From: Octopus sinensis
Taxonomy: Eukaryota
Direction of reading: 5' to 3'
Assembly (NCBI RefSeq): GCF_006345805.1
Contig: NC_043009.1
Span: 21,886,001 to 21,950,000 of the forward strand
DNA length: 64,000 nt
Every line of letters begins with the position of its first letter. Within the stretch, counting starts at the first letter, position 1. The position numbers and the translations under genes were made by a program. Below the pieces are notes generated by a model. That model ran no database searches. It saw nothing but the letters and a program-made list of their open reading frames with translations, and was not told where the DNA came from. Of this stretch, positions 50,385 through 62,095 are shown piece after piece.

Positions 50385-53300
50385 TCTGTTTAAATACTCA
50401 ACAAATGCAGCAGTTATTCTATGCAGGAGTCCCTAATTTGCACACCATAAAATGTTTAATACTTTATAAACTGTTTAAATACTCAACAAATACAGCAGTA
50501 TTTCTATGAAGGAGTCCCTAATTTGCATACCGAAAGTGTTTAGCACTATAAACTGTTTAAATACTCAACAAAAATGCAGAAGTTATTCTATGAAGGAGTC
50601 TCTAATTTGCATACCGAAAATGTTTAACACTTTATAAACTCTTTAAATACTCAACAAATGGGGCAGTAATTCGATGAAGGAGTCCCTAATTTGCATAACA
50701 AAAACGTTTAGCACTCTATAGACAGTTTAAATACTCAACATACGCAGCAGTTATTCTATAAAGGAGTTCCTAATTTGCATACTGAAAATTCTGAGCCCCT
50801 CCATAAACTGTGTAAATACTAAACAAATGCAGAATTTATTCCTTAAAGGAGTCCCTAATTTGCATACCGAAAATTTTTAACCCTCTATAAATTGTTCAAA
50901 TACTCAACAAATGCAGCAGTTATTCAATTAAGGAGTGCCTAATTTGCATACCAAAAGTTTTAAACCGCCCTATAAACTCTATATATACTCAACAAAGGCA
51001 GCAGTTATTCTATGAAGGAATCCCTAATTTGCATACCGAGAATGTTTAACCCCTCTATAAACTGTTTAAATACTCAACAAATGCAGAAGTTATTCCATGA
51101 AGGAATCCCTAATTTGCATACCGCATATTTTTAACCCCTCTATAAACTATTTACATACTCAACAAATGCAGAAGTTATTCTATGCAAGAGACCCTAATTT
51201 GCATACCGAAAATTTTTAACCGCTCTTTAAACTGTTTAAAGACTCTACAAATACAGCAGTTATTCTATGAAGGAGACCCTAATTTGCATATGGAAAATTT
51301 TTAACCCTCTACGTATTGTTTAAATACTCAACAAATGCCTCAATTATTCTATGAAGGAGTCCCTAATTTGCATTCCGAAAATGTTCAACACTCTATAAAC
51401 TGTTTAAATACTCAACATACGTAGCAGTTATTCTATGCAGGGGTCCCTAATTTGCATACCGAAAATGTTACACACTTTATAAACTGTTTAAATACTCAAC
51501 AAATGCAGCAGTTATTCTATGCAGGAGTCCCTAATTTGCATGCTGAAAATGTTTAACCGCTCCATAAACCTTATATACACTAAAAAAATGCAGCAGTTAT
51601 TCTATGAAGGAGACTCTAATTTGCATACCGAAAATGTTTAACAGCTCAATAAAATCTATATATACTCAAGAAAAACAGCAATTATTCTATGAAAGAGACT
51701 CTAATTTGCAAACCGAAAATTTTTAACCACTCAACAAATTCTATATATACTTAACAAATGCAGCAGTTATTCTACGCAGGAGTCGTTAATTTGCATACCA
51801 AAAATGTTTAACCACTCTATAAACTCTATATATACTCCACAAGTACAGCAGTTATTCTATGAAGGAATACCTAATTTGCATAACAAAAATGTTTAAACGC
51901 TCTATAATCTTTATATATACTCAACACATGCAGCAGTTATTCTGTGAAGGTGACCCAAATTTGCATACCGAAAATTTTTAACCCTCTATGAACTGTTTAA
52001 ATACTCAACAAATGCAGCAGTTATTCTATGAAGGGGTCCCTAATTTGCATACCGAAAATGTTCAACACTTTATAAACTGTTTAAATGCTTAACAAATGCA
52101 GCAGATGATCTATGCAGGAGTACCTAATTTGTATGCTGAGAATGTTTAACCGCTCCAAAAACCCTATATATAGTCAACTAATGCAGCAGTTATTCTATGA
52201 AGGAGACTCTAATTTACATACCGAAAATTTTTAACCGCTTAACAAACTCTATTTATACTTCACAAATGCAGCATTTATTCTATGCAGGAGTCGCTAATTT
52301 GCATACCGAAAATGTTTAACCGCTCTATAAACTCTATATACACTCCACAAATACAGCCGTTATTCCATGAAGGAGTCCCTAATTTGCATACCGAAAATGT
52401 TTAATCGCTCTATAAACTCTATTTATACTCAACAATTGCAGCAGTTCTTCTATGCAGGAGTCCCTAATTTGCACACCGCAAATGTTTAACCGCTCTATAA
52501 ACTCTATATATACTCAACAAATGCAGCAGTCATTCTTTGAAGGAGACCGCAATTTGTATACCGAAAATTTCTAACCCTCTATATACTGTTGAAATACTCA
52601 ACAAATGCAGCAGTTATTCTATGCAAGAGTCCGTAATTTGCATACCGAAAATGTTAAACTCTCTATAAACTCTTCAAATACTCAACTAATGCAGCTTTTA
52701 TTCTATGCAGGAGTCCCTAATTTGCATACTGAAAATGTTTAACCGCTCTATAAACGCTACATATACTCAACAAATACAGCAGTTATTATATGAAGGAGAC
52801 TCTAATTTGAATACAGAAAATTTTTAACCCTATATAAACTGTTTAAGTACTCAACAAATGCAGCAGTTATTCTTTGCAAGAGACTGTAATTTACATACCG
52901 TAAATGTTAAACACACTATAAGCTGTTTAAATGCTCAACAAATGCAGCAGGTATTCTATGCACGAGTCTCTAATTTGCATACCAAAAATGTTTAACCTCT
53001 CTATACACTCTATATATACTCAACAAATACAGTAGTTTTTCCATGAAGGAGACTCTAATTTGCATACTGGAAATTTTTAACTGCTCTATAAATTCTATAT
53101 ATACTGAAGAAATGCAGCAGTTATTCTATGCAGGTGTCCCTAATTTGCATACCGAAAATTTTTAACCGCTCTATAAACTCTATATATACTCCACAAATAC
53201 ATCAGTTATTCTATGCAGGAGTCCCTAATTTGCATACTGAAAATGTTTAACCGCTCTATAAACACTATATATACTCAACAAATGCAGCAGTTATTCTATG

Positions 53301-54552
53301 AAGGAGTCCCTCATCTGCATACCGAAAATACTCAACCTCTCTATAAACTCTATATGTACTCAACAAATGCAGCAGTTATTCTATGAAGGAGTCCCTCATC
53401 TGCATACCGAAAATACTCAACCTCTCTATAAACTCTATATGTACTCAACAAATGCAGCAGTTATTCTATGCAGGAGTCCCTAATTTGCATACCAAAAATT
53501 TTAATCACTCTATAAACTGTATATATATTCAACAAATAAAGCAGTTATTCTATGTAGGAGACTATAATTTGCATACCGAAAATTTTTAACCGTTCTATAA
53601 ACTCTATATATACTCAACAAATGCAGCAGTTATTCTTTGCAGGAATCCCTAATTTGCATACCGAAAAGTTTTAACACTCTATAAACTGTTTAAATACTCA
53701 ACAAATGCAGCAGTATTTCTATGAAGGAGTCCCTAATTTGCATACCGAAAGTGTTTAGCACTATAAACTGTTTAAATACTCAACAAAAATGCAGAAGTTA
53801 TTCTATGAAGGAGTCCCTAATTTGCATACCGAAAATGTTTAACACTTTATAAACTCTTTAAATACTCAACAAATGGGGCAGTAATTCGATGAAGGAGTCC
53901 CTAATTTGCATACTGAAAATGTTTAACCGCTCCATAAACTCTATACATACTCAACAAATACAGCAGTTATTCTATGCAGGAGTCCCTAATTTGCAAACCG
54001 AAAAGTTTTAACACTCTATAAACTGTTTAAATACTAAACAAATGCAGTAGTTATTCTATGAAAGAGTCCCTCATTTGCAAACCGAAAATGTTTAACCGCT
54101 CTATAAACTCTATATATACTCAACAAATGTAGCATTTATTCTATGCAGGAGTCCCAAACTTGCATACTGAAAATGTTTAACCACTCTATAAACTCTATAT
54201 ATACTCAACAAATGTAGCATTTATACTATGAAGATTCCCTAATTTGCATACTGAAAATGTTCAATCACTCTATAAATTCTATATATACTCAACAAATGCA
54301 GCAGTTATTCTGTGCAGGAGTCCCTAATTTGCATACTGAATATGTTTAACCGCTCTATAATCTCTATATATACTGAACAAATACAACAGTTATTCTATAA
54401 AGGAGTCCCTAATTTGCATACTGAAAATGTTTAACCGCTCTATAAACTCTGTATATACTCAACAAATGCAGCAGGTATTCTATGCAGGAGTCGCTAATTT
54501 GCATACTGAAAGTGTTTAACCACTTTATAAACCGTATATATACTGAACAAAT
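50385..54552. repeat. Tandem array of an ~85-bp unit (~49 copies) in the last intron of the Cys-repeat gene
   Basis: Unit approx. aaatactcaacaaatgcagcagttattctatg(a/c)aggagtccctaatttgcataccgaaaatgtttaaccgctctataaactctatat; the 85-nt period is visible from the repeated ORF starts at 53298 and 53383. Confidence 0.95.
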
Positions 54553-56079
54553 CCGTCCGTCCATCCGTCTGTCCGTCCATCCATCCATCCAGCTAATTCA
54601 TACATTACAAGTGCAATACGTGAGAGGAACAGTAAAAATATGCAAGACTTTTCTCAAGTTCCAAATGTTAATATGTCTGTGTTAACCACATCCCAAAGAT
54701 GAAACCTTGTATCTTTGTTGGAAAACGGCTCCCTCCTCAGTAGAAGATTTATGATAATTAAAAAATACAAACAAAGATAGATAGTTATATATATATATAT
54801 ATATATATACACTTTACTCTTTTACTCTTTTACTTGTTTCAGTCATTTGACTGGGGCCATGCTGGAGCACCGCCTTTAATCGAGCAACTCAACCGCGGGA
54901 CTTATTCTTTGTAAGCCCAGTACTTATTCTATCAGTGTCTTTTGCCGAACCGCTAAGTGACGGGGACATAAACACATCAGCATCAGTTGTCAAGCAATGC
55001 TAGGGGGACAAACACAGACACACAAACACACACACATACACATACATATATATATATACATATATAAGATGGGCTTCTTTCAGTTTCCGTCTACCAAATC
55101 CACTCACAAGGCTTTGGTCGGCCCGAGGCTATAGTAGAAGACACTTGCTCAAGGTATCATGCAGCGGGACTGAACCCGGAACCATGTGGTTGGTAAACAA
55201 GCTACTTACCACACAGCCACTCCTGCGCCTATATATATGTGTGTGTGTTTGTGTGTGTGGCTGATTCACACATTTATAGCAGTTTTTCTAAACTCTGTAA
55301 AAGAACTCGGATATTTGGGCTGCCAACCAAGCCTTTTGCGATACCTTTAAAGCCAGGAATTTTCCAGCACCCCCTCTAACACACCCACACCCACAAACAC
55401 ACACGACACTTCTATGCAGTTTTCACCTTCCAAATTCACTCACAAATCATGGATTCAACCAGCTCCTAATATAATAATGAATATAGTGTTTTTATATATT
55501 TGTGTGTGTGTGTATATATATATATATTATATATATATATACATATATATATATTTGTCCAGAATCATGATGGACCCAGAGGAGTAGAGAAAATAGTAAT
55601 TCAGTGAATGAGAAGTGAGAGTAATAGCCCTCACTAAGAGGGAATGAGAGAAAGGAAGGGGTGATAGATGAATAAGGAAGGAAAGGGTGAAAAAAAAGAA
55701 ATCAGCATTTCAACTCTGTGTAAGTATATGTGTGCATAAGTATGTGAATGTTTGTATGTGTGATTATTATGTACCTTATTTATATTTAAAATACTTATTT
55801 CTTTATTACCCACAAGGGGTTAAACACAGAGGGGACAAACAAAGACAGACATAGGTATTAAGTCAATTACATCGACCCCAGTGCGTAACTGGTACTTAAT
55901 TTATCGACCCCGAAAGGATGAAAGGCAAAGTCGACCTCGGCGGAATTTGAACTCACAATGTAACGACAGACGAAATACGGCTACGCATTTCGCCCGGCGT
56001 GCTAATGTTTCTGCCAGCTCGCCGCTACAATTAGCCATCATGACTGATGGCACATGGTCAGCTAGTAATAAATAACATA

Positions 56080-56470
56080 GGTGCAGGAGTGGCTATGTGG
56101 TAAGTAGCTTGCTTACCAACCACATGGTTCCAGGTTCAGTTCCACTGCATGGCACCTTGGGCAAGTGTCTTCTACTATAGCCTTGGGCCGACCAAAGCCT
56201 TGTGAGTGGATTTGGTAGACAGAAACTAAAAGAAGACCGTCATATATATGTACATGTACATATATATGTGTATGTGTATGTGTGTCTGTGTTTGCCCTCC
56301 AACATCGCTTAACAACCGATGCTGGTGTGTTTACGTTCCTGTAACTTAGCGGTTCGGCAAAAGAGACCGGTAGAATAAGTACTAGGCTTACAAAGAATAA
56401 GTCCTGGGGTTGATTTGCTCAACTAAAGCTGGTGCTCCCGTATAGCCACAGTCAAATGACTGAAACAAGT
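56080..56470 (+). mobile_element. tRNA-derived CORE-like SINE family B (ggagtggctgtgtggtaagtagc...ccttgggcaagtgtc), representative copy
   Basis: tRNA-like head with gttcagttcc B box and a CORE-like ccttgggcaagt block. Copies near 11060(-), 43190, 54820(-), 60290, 63200(-), 63540(-). Confidence 0.75.
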
Positions 56471-56499
56471 AAAAAGAGTAAAAAAAGAAAAAGAGTTAC

Positions 56500-56628
56500 C
56501 AGGTTCTGTTTTCTTCACTTTGCTGCAGGTGTCACAGCAAATGGTCTGTGTTTGGTGTGAGTAACAGCGAGCTATGTCAAGTAAGACTGCTTTACACAAG
56601 TAGCTGCTTTGGTCGCCATAAGGACATG
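56500..56628 (-). CDS. Internal phase 1-1 exon, PLAC-like six-Cys repeat
   Basis: tcctttgcag| acceptor and G|gtaact donor; CPYGDQSSYLCKAVLLDIARCYSHQTQTICCDTCSKVKKTEP; 129 nt. Confidence 0.88.
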
Positions 56629-58499
56629 CTGCAAAGGATACATCAAAATGATAGTAAACAAATTGCATAAAGTGTTATCTCATATGATAAACGATAGTTT
56701 CTAACATAGGTGAAAGGTGTGAAATATTGGGTTTTGAGCAATTGTAGATTATTCGCTACAATATCCCTCTATAGAGGAGTAGAAGTGTTGAAGAGGGAGA
56801 TGTAGGGGATGTGACAGTGGCTGTAATGAGAGGGTATGATGGTGGATATGAGAGGGTGCAGAGAAAGATAGTAAGATTTGTGAGGTGTTAAAATGTAGGA
56901 TGGCCAAGAAGAAAGATAACTGAAGGTGCAGAAAGAAGGTGATTGGAGAAAATAGATTCAGTCAGTGGTTCTCAACCAAAGTTTATATGACCCTTGGAGG
57001 TCCATATAAGATTCTGTTGTTAAAATTTACATTATACTTGTACAATACACAAAATATCTTAACAATTTTTTGAAATGTTCTTAATGATGTTTAATCTTAA
57101 AAATATAATAGGAATTTTTTAAACATCGAATGGCTATGGGAGTCCATCTGAGTGAAATAGGAATCAAAGGTGTCCACAGAAAAAAAATGGCTGAGAATTA
57201 CTAGTATAACTGCAGAAGGGAGGATAAAGCAAACATGGGATGGAAGTGGTTTTAAAGAGGTATTTTTTTTAATGTTGATCTTTAGCCTTGCATTAACATC
57301 CACTGGGAAGCTGATTTCATCTATTGTACACAGTTTCTCTTCTCTATCATCATCATCATATCATCATCGTTTAATGTTTGCTTTCCATGCTAGCATGGAT
57401 TGGATGGTTCAACTGGGGTTTGGGAAACCAGGAGGCTGCACCAGGCTCCAGTGTGATGTGGCAGTGTTTGTACAGCTGGATGCCCTTCCTAACGTCAACC
57501 ACTCCGTGAGTGTAGTGGGTGCTTTTTACGTGCCACCGGCACTGGGGCCAGAGGAGGCTGGCAATGGCCACGATCAGTTGGTACTTTTTACGTGCCACCA
57601 ACAAGGACTTTGTATGTATATAGAGAGTAAAGGGTCCCCTTTGGTCATGACTGACCATGGGATTGCACCTAGTAAGTTACCTTCTAAGGCACAAGTCCAA
57701 GCAAGGTTGTTTGTGGAAGACTTGCAGTCACCCATGCCTCTGCTCTCCATGCCACCAATGTTATCCAAGGGAAAGGCAAAAGCTGATACAGTTTGGCACC
57801 AGTGATGTCACACCTCATTTCTACAGATGAGTGAACTGGAGTAAAGTGAAATATAGTGTCTTGCTCAGGAAAATTACACAGCCTGGCCCAAGTTCCTTTA
57901 TGTATGTATATATGTATGTATGTATGTATGTATATACATATGTACTTATGTATGTGTGTATGTATGTATATACATGTGTATGTATATATGTCTGTGTGTG
58001 CATGCATATATGTATGTGTGTAGGTATGTATGTATAACAAAATACAATAAAACATTCCTCTATTGATCTGCTGTATTTCAGCAACCAATTGCACTCTGAA
58101 CATCCAATGTAGATGTTGCAAATAACCACAACGGTGAAACATATGTAGGGAACAAATAATACAGACTGCATTTTGTGTTTATCATGATTTCTTGTGTGTG
58201 TGAGTGTGTGTGTGTGTGTAGTGGGGTATATATATGCATGTGTGCTTTACTGTGTATTTTGACTTCAATTTCTTCATTTTCTGGGAACAAACATATTGGA
58301 ATAAATATAGTAAGACTGATGGCCTAAGAGAATTGGTAACTGACAGAAGGAATAAATATAAGTCTGTTGAAGTGGAAAAGGAGGAAATGGTGACTAATGG
58401 AAATGTCACTTTTAGAGCCACCCATGTGGACATTTGGGGTGTCACAATAATGAAAGTGATAGGTTTGGTGTTAGAGACACTTTGAGAACATTAGCACAT

Positions 58500-59445
58500 T
58501 ACATACGTACATAACATACATACACCCATTCATACATATACATACATATACAACATGTATACATAAATACATATATATATGTATGTATATATGTGTTTGT
58601 ATATGTACTATATATATCTATAGGCGTATTATGTCCGTATTCTGTTAATATATATCTATATATATATATATAATCTATATAGATATATATATATATATAT
58701 ATGCTGTATGTCTTATATATATTATATATATATATATAATATATATATATATATATTATAATATACATATATATGTATTATATATATATACATATATATG
58801 TATATATATATAATACACAAACATATATATTATATTATTATATATATATATATATATACAGATATATATATATATATATATTACATTATATATATATATA
58901 TTCATACTATATATGATATACATATATTATATATATACATATATATATATATAATATATATATTATATATTATATAGATATATATATATATATATGATAT
59001 ATATATATATATACATGTATTTATATAAAAACCTACACATCTGTATGAAGTGTACATGTATATATATCTATGTATCTATGTGTGTATGTGTATGCGTATG
59101 TGTGTATGTGTGTGTGTATCTGTAAGTGTATTCTTTTATTAGTGTTGACTATTGTTCCAGTGTAGCCATAACAGACAGTCCTCAGATGGCCTTTCAATGG
59201 AACAAGAGTCAGCTCCAAATAGTAAAAGACAAAAACATGTATTTATTACATATATTGAACATTCCTTATTTGGTAACAACATTTGCTCACACATACAGTG
59301 TGGGTGTGTGTGTATGTGTGGATTGTGATGTGTATAGACATATATACACAGACATATATATATTTTAGATATTTTTATAATACATATATATATATACATA
59401 CACATATACTATCCCCCCCACACATATATATATATATAATATATA

Positions 59446-59492
<47 letters not shown>

Positions 59493-59616
59493 TTTATATA
59501 TATATAACTACTACATCCACATTTATAAATGTTCTAAAATCTATACAGCCTTGGTTTTTTATCTCCTATAACAAAAAAAAAAATTATATATACATACTCA
59601 CACACACTATATATTA

Positions 59617-59656
<40 letters not shown>

Positions 59657-59660
59657 TACA

Positions 59661-59706
<46 letters not shown>

Positions 59707-59732
59707 ATTTTATATATATACATACACACACA

Positions 59733-59763
<31 letters not shown>

Positions 59764-59861
59764 CTATAATATATATATATACAACACACACTGTATATAG
59801 ACAATATAAATTGTGTGTGTGTGTATGTATCTCTCTCTCTATATATATGTGTGTGTGTATT

Positions 59862-59907
<46 letters not shown>

Positions 59908-59950
59908 ATATATATATATATATATATACACATATATACATGCTTATACC
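58500..59950. repeat. Extended (TA)n/(CA)n/(TG)n low-complexity region
   Basis: Read directly; source of the YIYI-type spurious ORFs. Confidence 0.9.
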
Positions 59951-60536
59951 AGAGATAGATCTACACACATGTAATGCATACACAAACCTCTGTATTTCAT
60001 AATATAATATCCTGTTCTTGCATTTCATGTCTTTTTAATGAGAGAGCTTGCATTCATGTCTAAATCATGTGTTCCTCTGTCTGAATGCTTATGTGTGTGG
60101 ATGTATGTGTATGTGTGTATGTCTGTACATACATATGTGCATCTGCCTCTGCATGCATTTGCATGATGTGTATATATTTCTGTGTTATCCTGAAAGCAAT
60201 TTTGCTTTTGAATTTGTATATCTTTGACTGTGCTGCTGTACACTTGCTTAGTCTAGCATTTATTCTGTTGCATATTCTTTCTTTCTTTTTTTCTTTTATT
60301 TGTTTTAGTCATTTGACTGCAGCTATGCTGGAGCACAGCCTTTAGTCAAGCAAATCGACCCCAGGACTTATTCTTTGTAAGCCTAGTACTTATTCTATTG
60401 GTCTCTCTTGCCGTACCGCTAAGTGACGGGGACGTAAACACACCAGCATTGGTTGTCATCGATGTTGGGGGGACAACACAGACACACACACATACCACAC
60501 ACAAACACACACATACACATACACACATATATGTAT

Positions 60537-60615
<79 letters not shown>

Positions 60616-60672
60616 CATTATTGGTGAATTGAAGAAATGAGCTGAACGCAGATTGAACAGAAATCGTTTTAT

Positions 60673-60759
60673 TTCATTCTACACGTGTTTCGAAAGGCAC
60701 AAATTACCAAAATCCGATTGAATAATGGGACCATATTGTGTCTTTCTCTTCAGGAAGAA
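60673..60759 (-). ncRNA. Type I hammerhead ribozyme with intact core and palindromic stem III
   Basis: TTCTTC-CTGAAGA-GAAAGACACAA(33-nt loop)TTGTGCCTTTC-GAAAC-ACGT-GTA^GAATGAA; stem II 10 of 11 bp with G10.1-C11.1; predicted cut between 60680 and 60679. Confidence 0.75.
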
Positions 60760-60859
60760 AAAAGGAAATCCGTTGGAAAAACAAAAACAGGAGCACAGTT
60801 CGATTTGTTTTTTTGCTCCGCCTCTGTTCTGTTTTTGTTTTTCCAACGGATTTCCTTTT

Positions 60860-60944
60860 TTCTTCCTGAGAGAAAGACACAATATGGTCCCATTATTCAT
60901 CGGATTTTGGTAATTTGTGCCTTTCGAAACACGTGTAGAATGAA
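60860..60944 (+). ncRNA. Hammerhead copy in the inverted arm with a 1-nt core deletion (CTGA-GA), probably inactive
   Basis: Same fold as 60673-60759, but cctgagagaaag instead of cctgaagagaaag. Confidence 0.6.
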
Positions 60945-61150
60945 ATAAAACGATTTCTGTTCAATCTGCGTCAGCTCCATTTCTTCAATTCACCAATAAT
61001 GTTTTAATTTCAATTATCCGCACCAACGCACGGTTGCAACGCCAGATGGTTGTACCTCCAACCGTGCTGTTTTACTGCTGTGATTTTTGCTACTAAGGTA
61101 TCGGTTAAACTTTTGATTAATCTACTACAAGATTATTCATCTTTCTATTT

Positions 61151-61197
<47 letters not shown>

Positions 61198-61250
61198 ATA
61201 TATATATGTATATATATATATATATATATGTTACCATTATACAATAGTCA

Positions 61251-61313
61251 AGATAAAACTCTTAGTTTCAGATGTCGAAGTGGAAATCCACAACACCATC
61301 TCTTCAGTTATCT
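61251..61313 (-). ncRNA. Type I hammerhead-like ribozyme (intact CUGAAGA; extra U before GAAA)
   Basis: AGATAA-CTGAAGA-GATG(loop)CATC-T-GAAAC-T-AAG-A-GTT^TTATCT; perfect 6-bp stem I, 4-bp stem II, 3-bp stem III. Confidence 0.65.
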
Positions 61314-61408
61314 GGCCATCTGAAAAACGCTATGAAAAAATACCATTATATAAAGGGAAATTATTGTGTTATAATTCCGCTACTTATATAAAACGTTTTT
61401 ACCAATAT

Positions 61409-61440
<32 letters not shown>

Positions 61441-61481
61441 TGTTAATGCCTCATTTATACCTGCCTTTATGGCTTATAGGT

Positions 61482-61527
61482 TAAATGAGGTATGACTGTC
61501 CTCACTGCCGAAACAGCTGTCAGTTTT
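61482..61527 (+). ncRNA. Degenerate hammerhead-like motif
   Basis: TAAATGA-GGTA(loop)TGCC-GAAAC-AGCT-GTC^AGTTTT; palindromic stem III ACAGCTGT; core 5' half mutated. Confidence 0.45.
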
Positions 61528-61720
61528 GATTTATTTGCATATTAGTTTGAAAAAAATTTTTTACTTATATCTCTTTATCTTTTTACTATACTGTATATCT
61601 CATTTCATTTTATGTATTGCCTTTACTCATATGTAATGGTGTATTAAAGTATGGATGAGTATCATCGGATAGTTGATGTTTTACTGATTTAAGTATATTT
61701 CTCCATTCTCTAATTTTGTA

Positions 61721-61785
<65 letters not shown>

Positions 61786-62006
61786 ATATGTGTGTATATA
61801 TATGTATATATATGTATATATATATGTATATTATATATATATTTATATATGTATATATATATAAAAACAATTAAGATCAAGTGAGTTCCAATGAATTCAC
61901 ATGAATGCGGTACTTAACTTAGATGCACCAGAATCTTTATGGTATTAACCATAAAATAATGTGGGGTGATTATAAACAAGAAAAAAGCAACAGAATGGAT
62001 TAGTTG

Positions 62007-62095
62007 TTCAGTACAATTGTTTCATACGAAGAACAGATTTATTAAAAGCTGCAAATATTGCAGCAAATACAAGTGTCCCGTATTCATCAGCCAAA
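62007..62095 (-). ncRNA. Type I hammerhead ribozyme with intact core and palindromic stem III
   Basis: TTTGG-CTGATGA-ATACG(long loop containing a GCTGCAA/TTGCAGC hairpin)CGTAT-GAAAC-AATT-GTA^CTGAA; stem I has two G-U pairs; predicted cut between 62012 and 62011. Confidence 0.7.

Larger units (their letters stand above)
60612..61005. repeat. Near-perfect inverted repeat (~180-bp arms, ~30-nt spacer) of a Penelope-type terminal repeat
   Basis: aaaacattattggtgaattgaag... / ...cttcaattcaccaataatgtttt; the arms differ by a few indels; abuts (TA)n. Confidence 0.9.

Noticed and set aside
50385-54552. Regular repeat array as a CRISPR-like locus or coding repeat
   Set aside because: The whole unit is homologous with no unique spacers, the 85-nt period is not a multiple of 3, and the frames contain stops.
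58234-58485. 83-aa plus-strand ORF with ordinary composition
   Set aside because: No splice signals or recognisable motif, and it is antisense within an intron.
47254-61870. Numerous [12 protein letters not shown] ORFs in the track
   Set aside because: Dinucleotide microsatellite artefacts.
60673-62095. Cis heterodimeric double hammerhead between the 60.7-kb and 62.0-kb ribozymes
   Set aside because: The stem III palindromes could pair 6 of 8, but the stem I strands are not cross-complementary (TTCTTC versus CTGAA).
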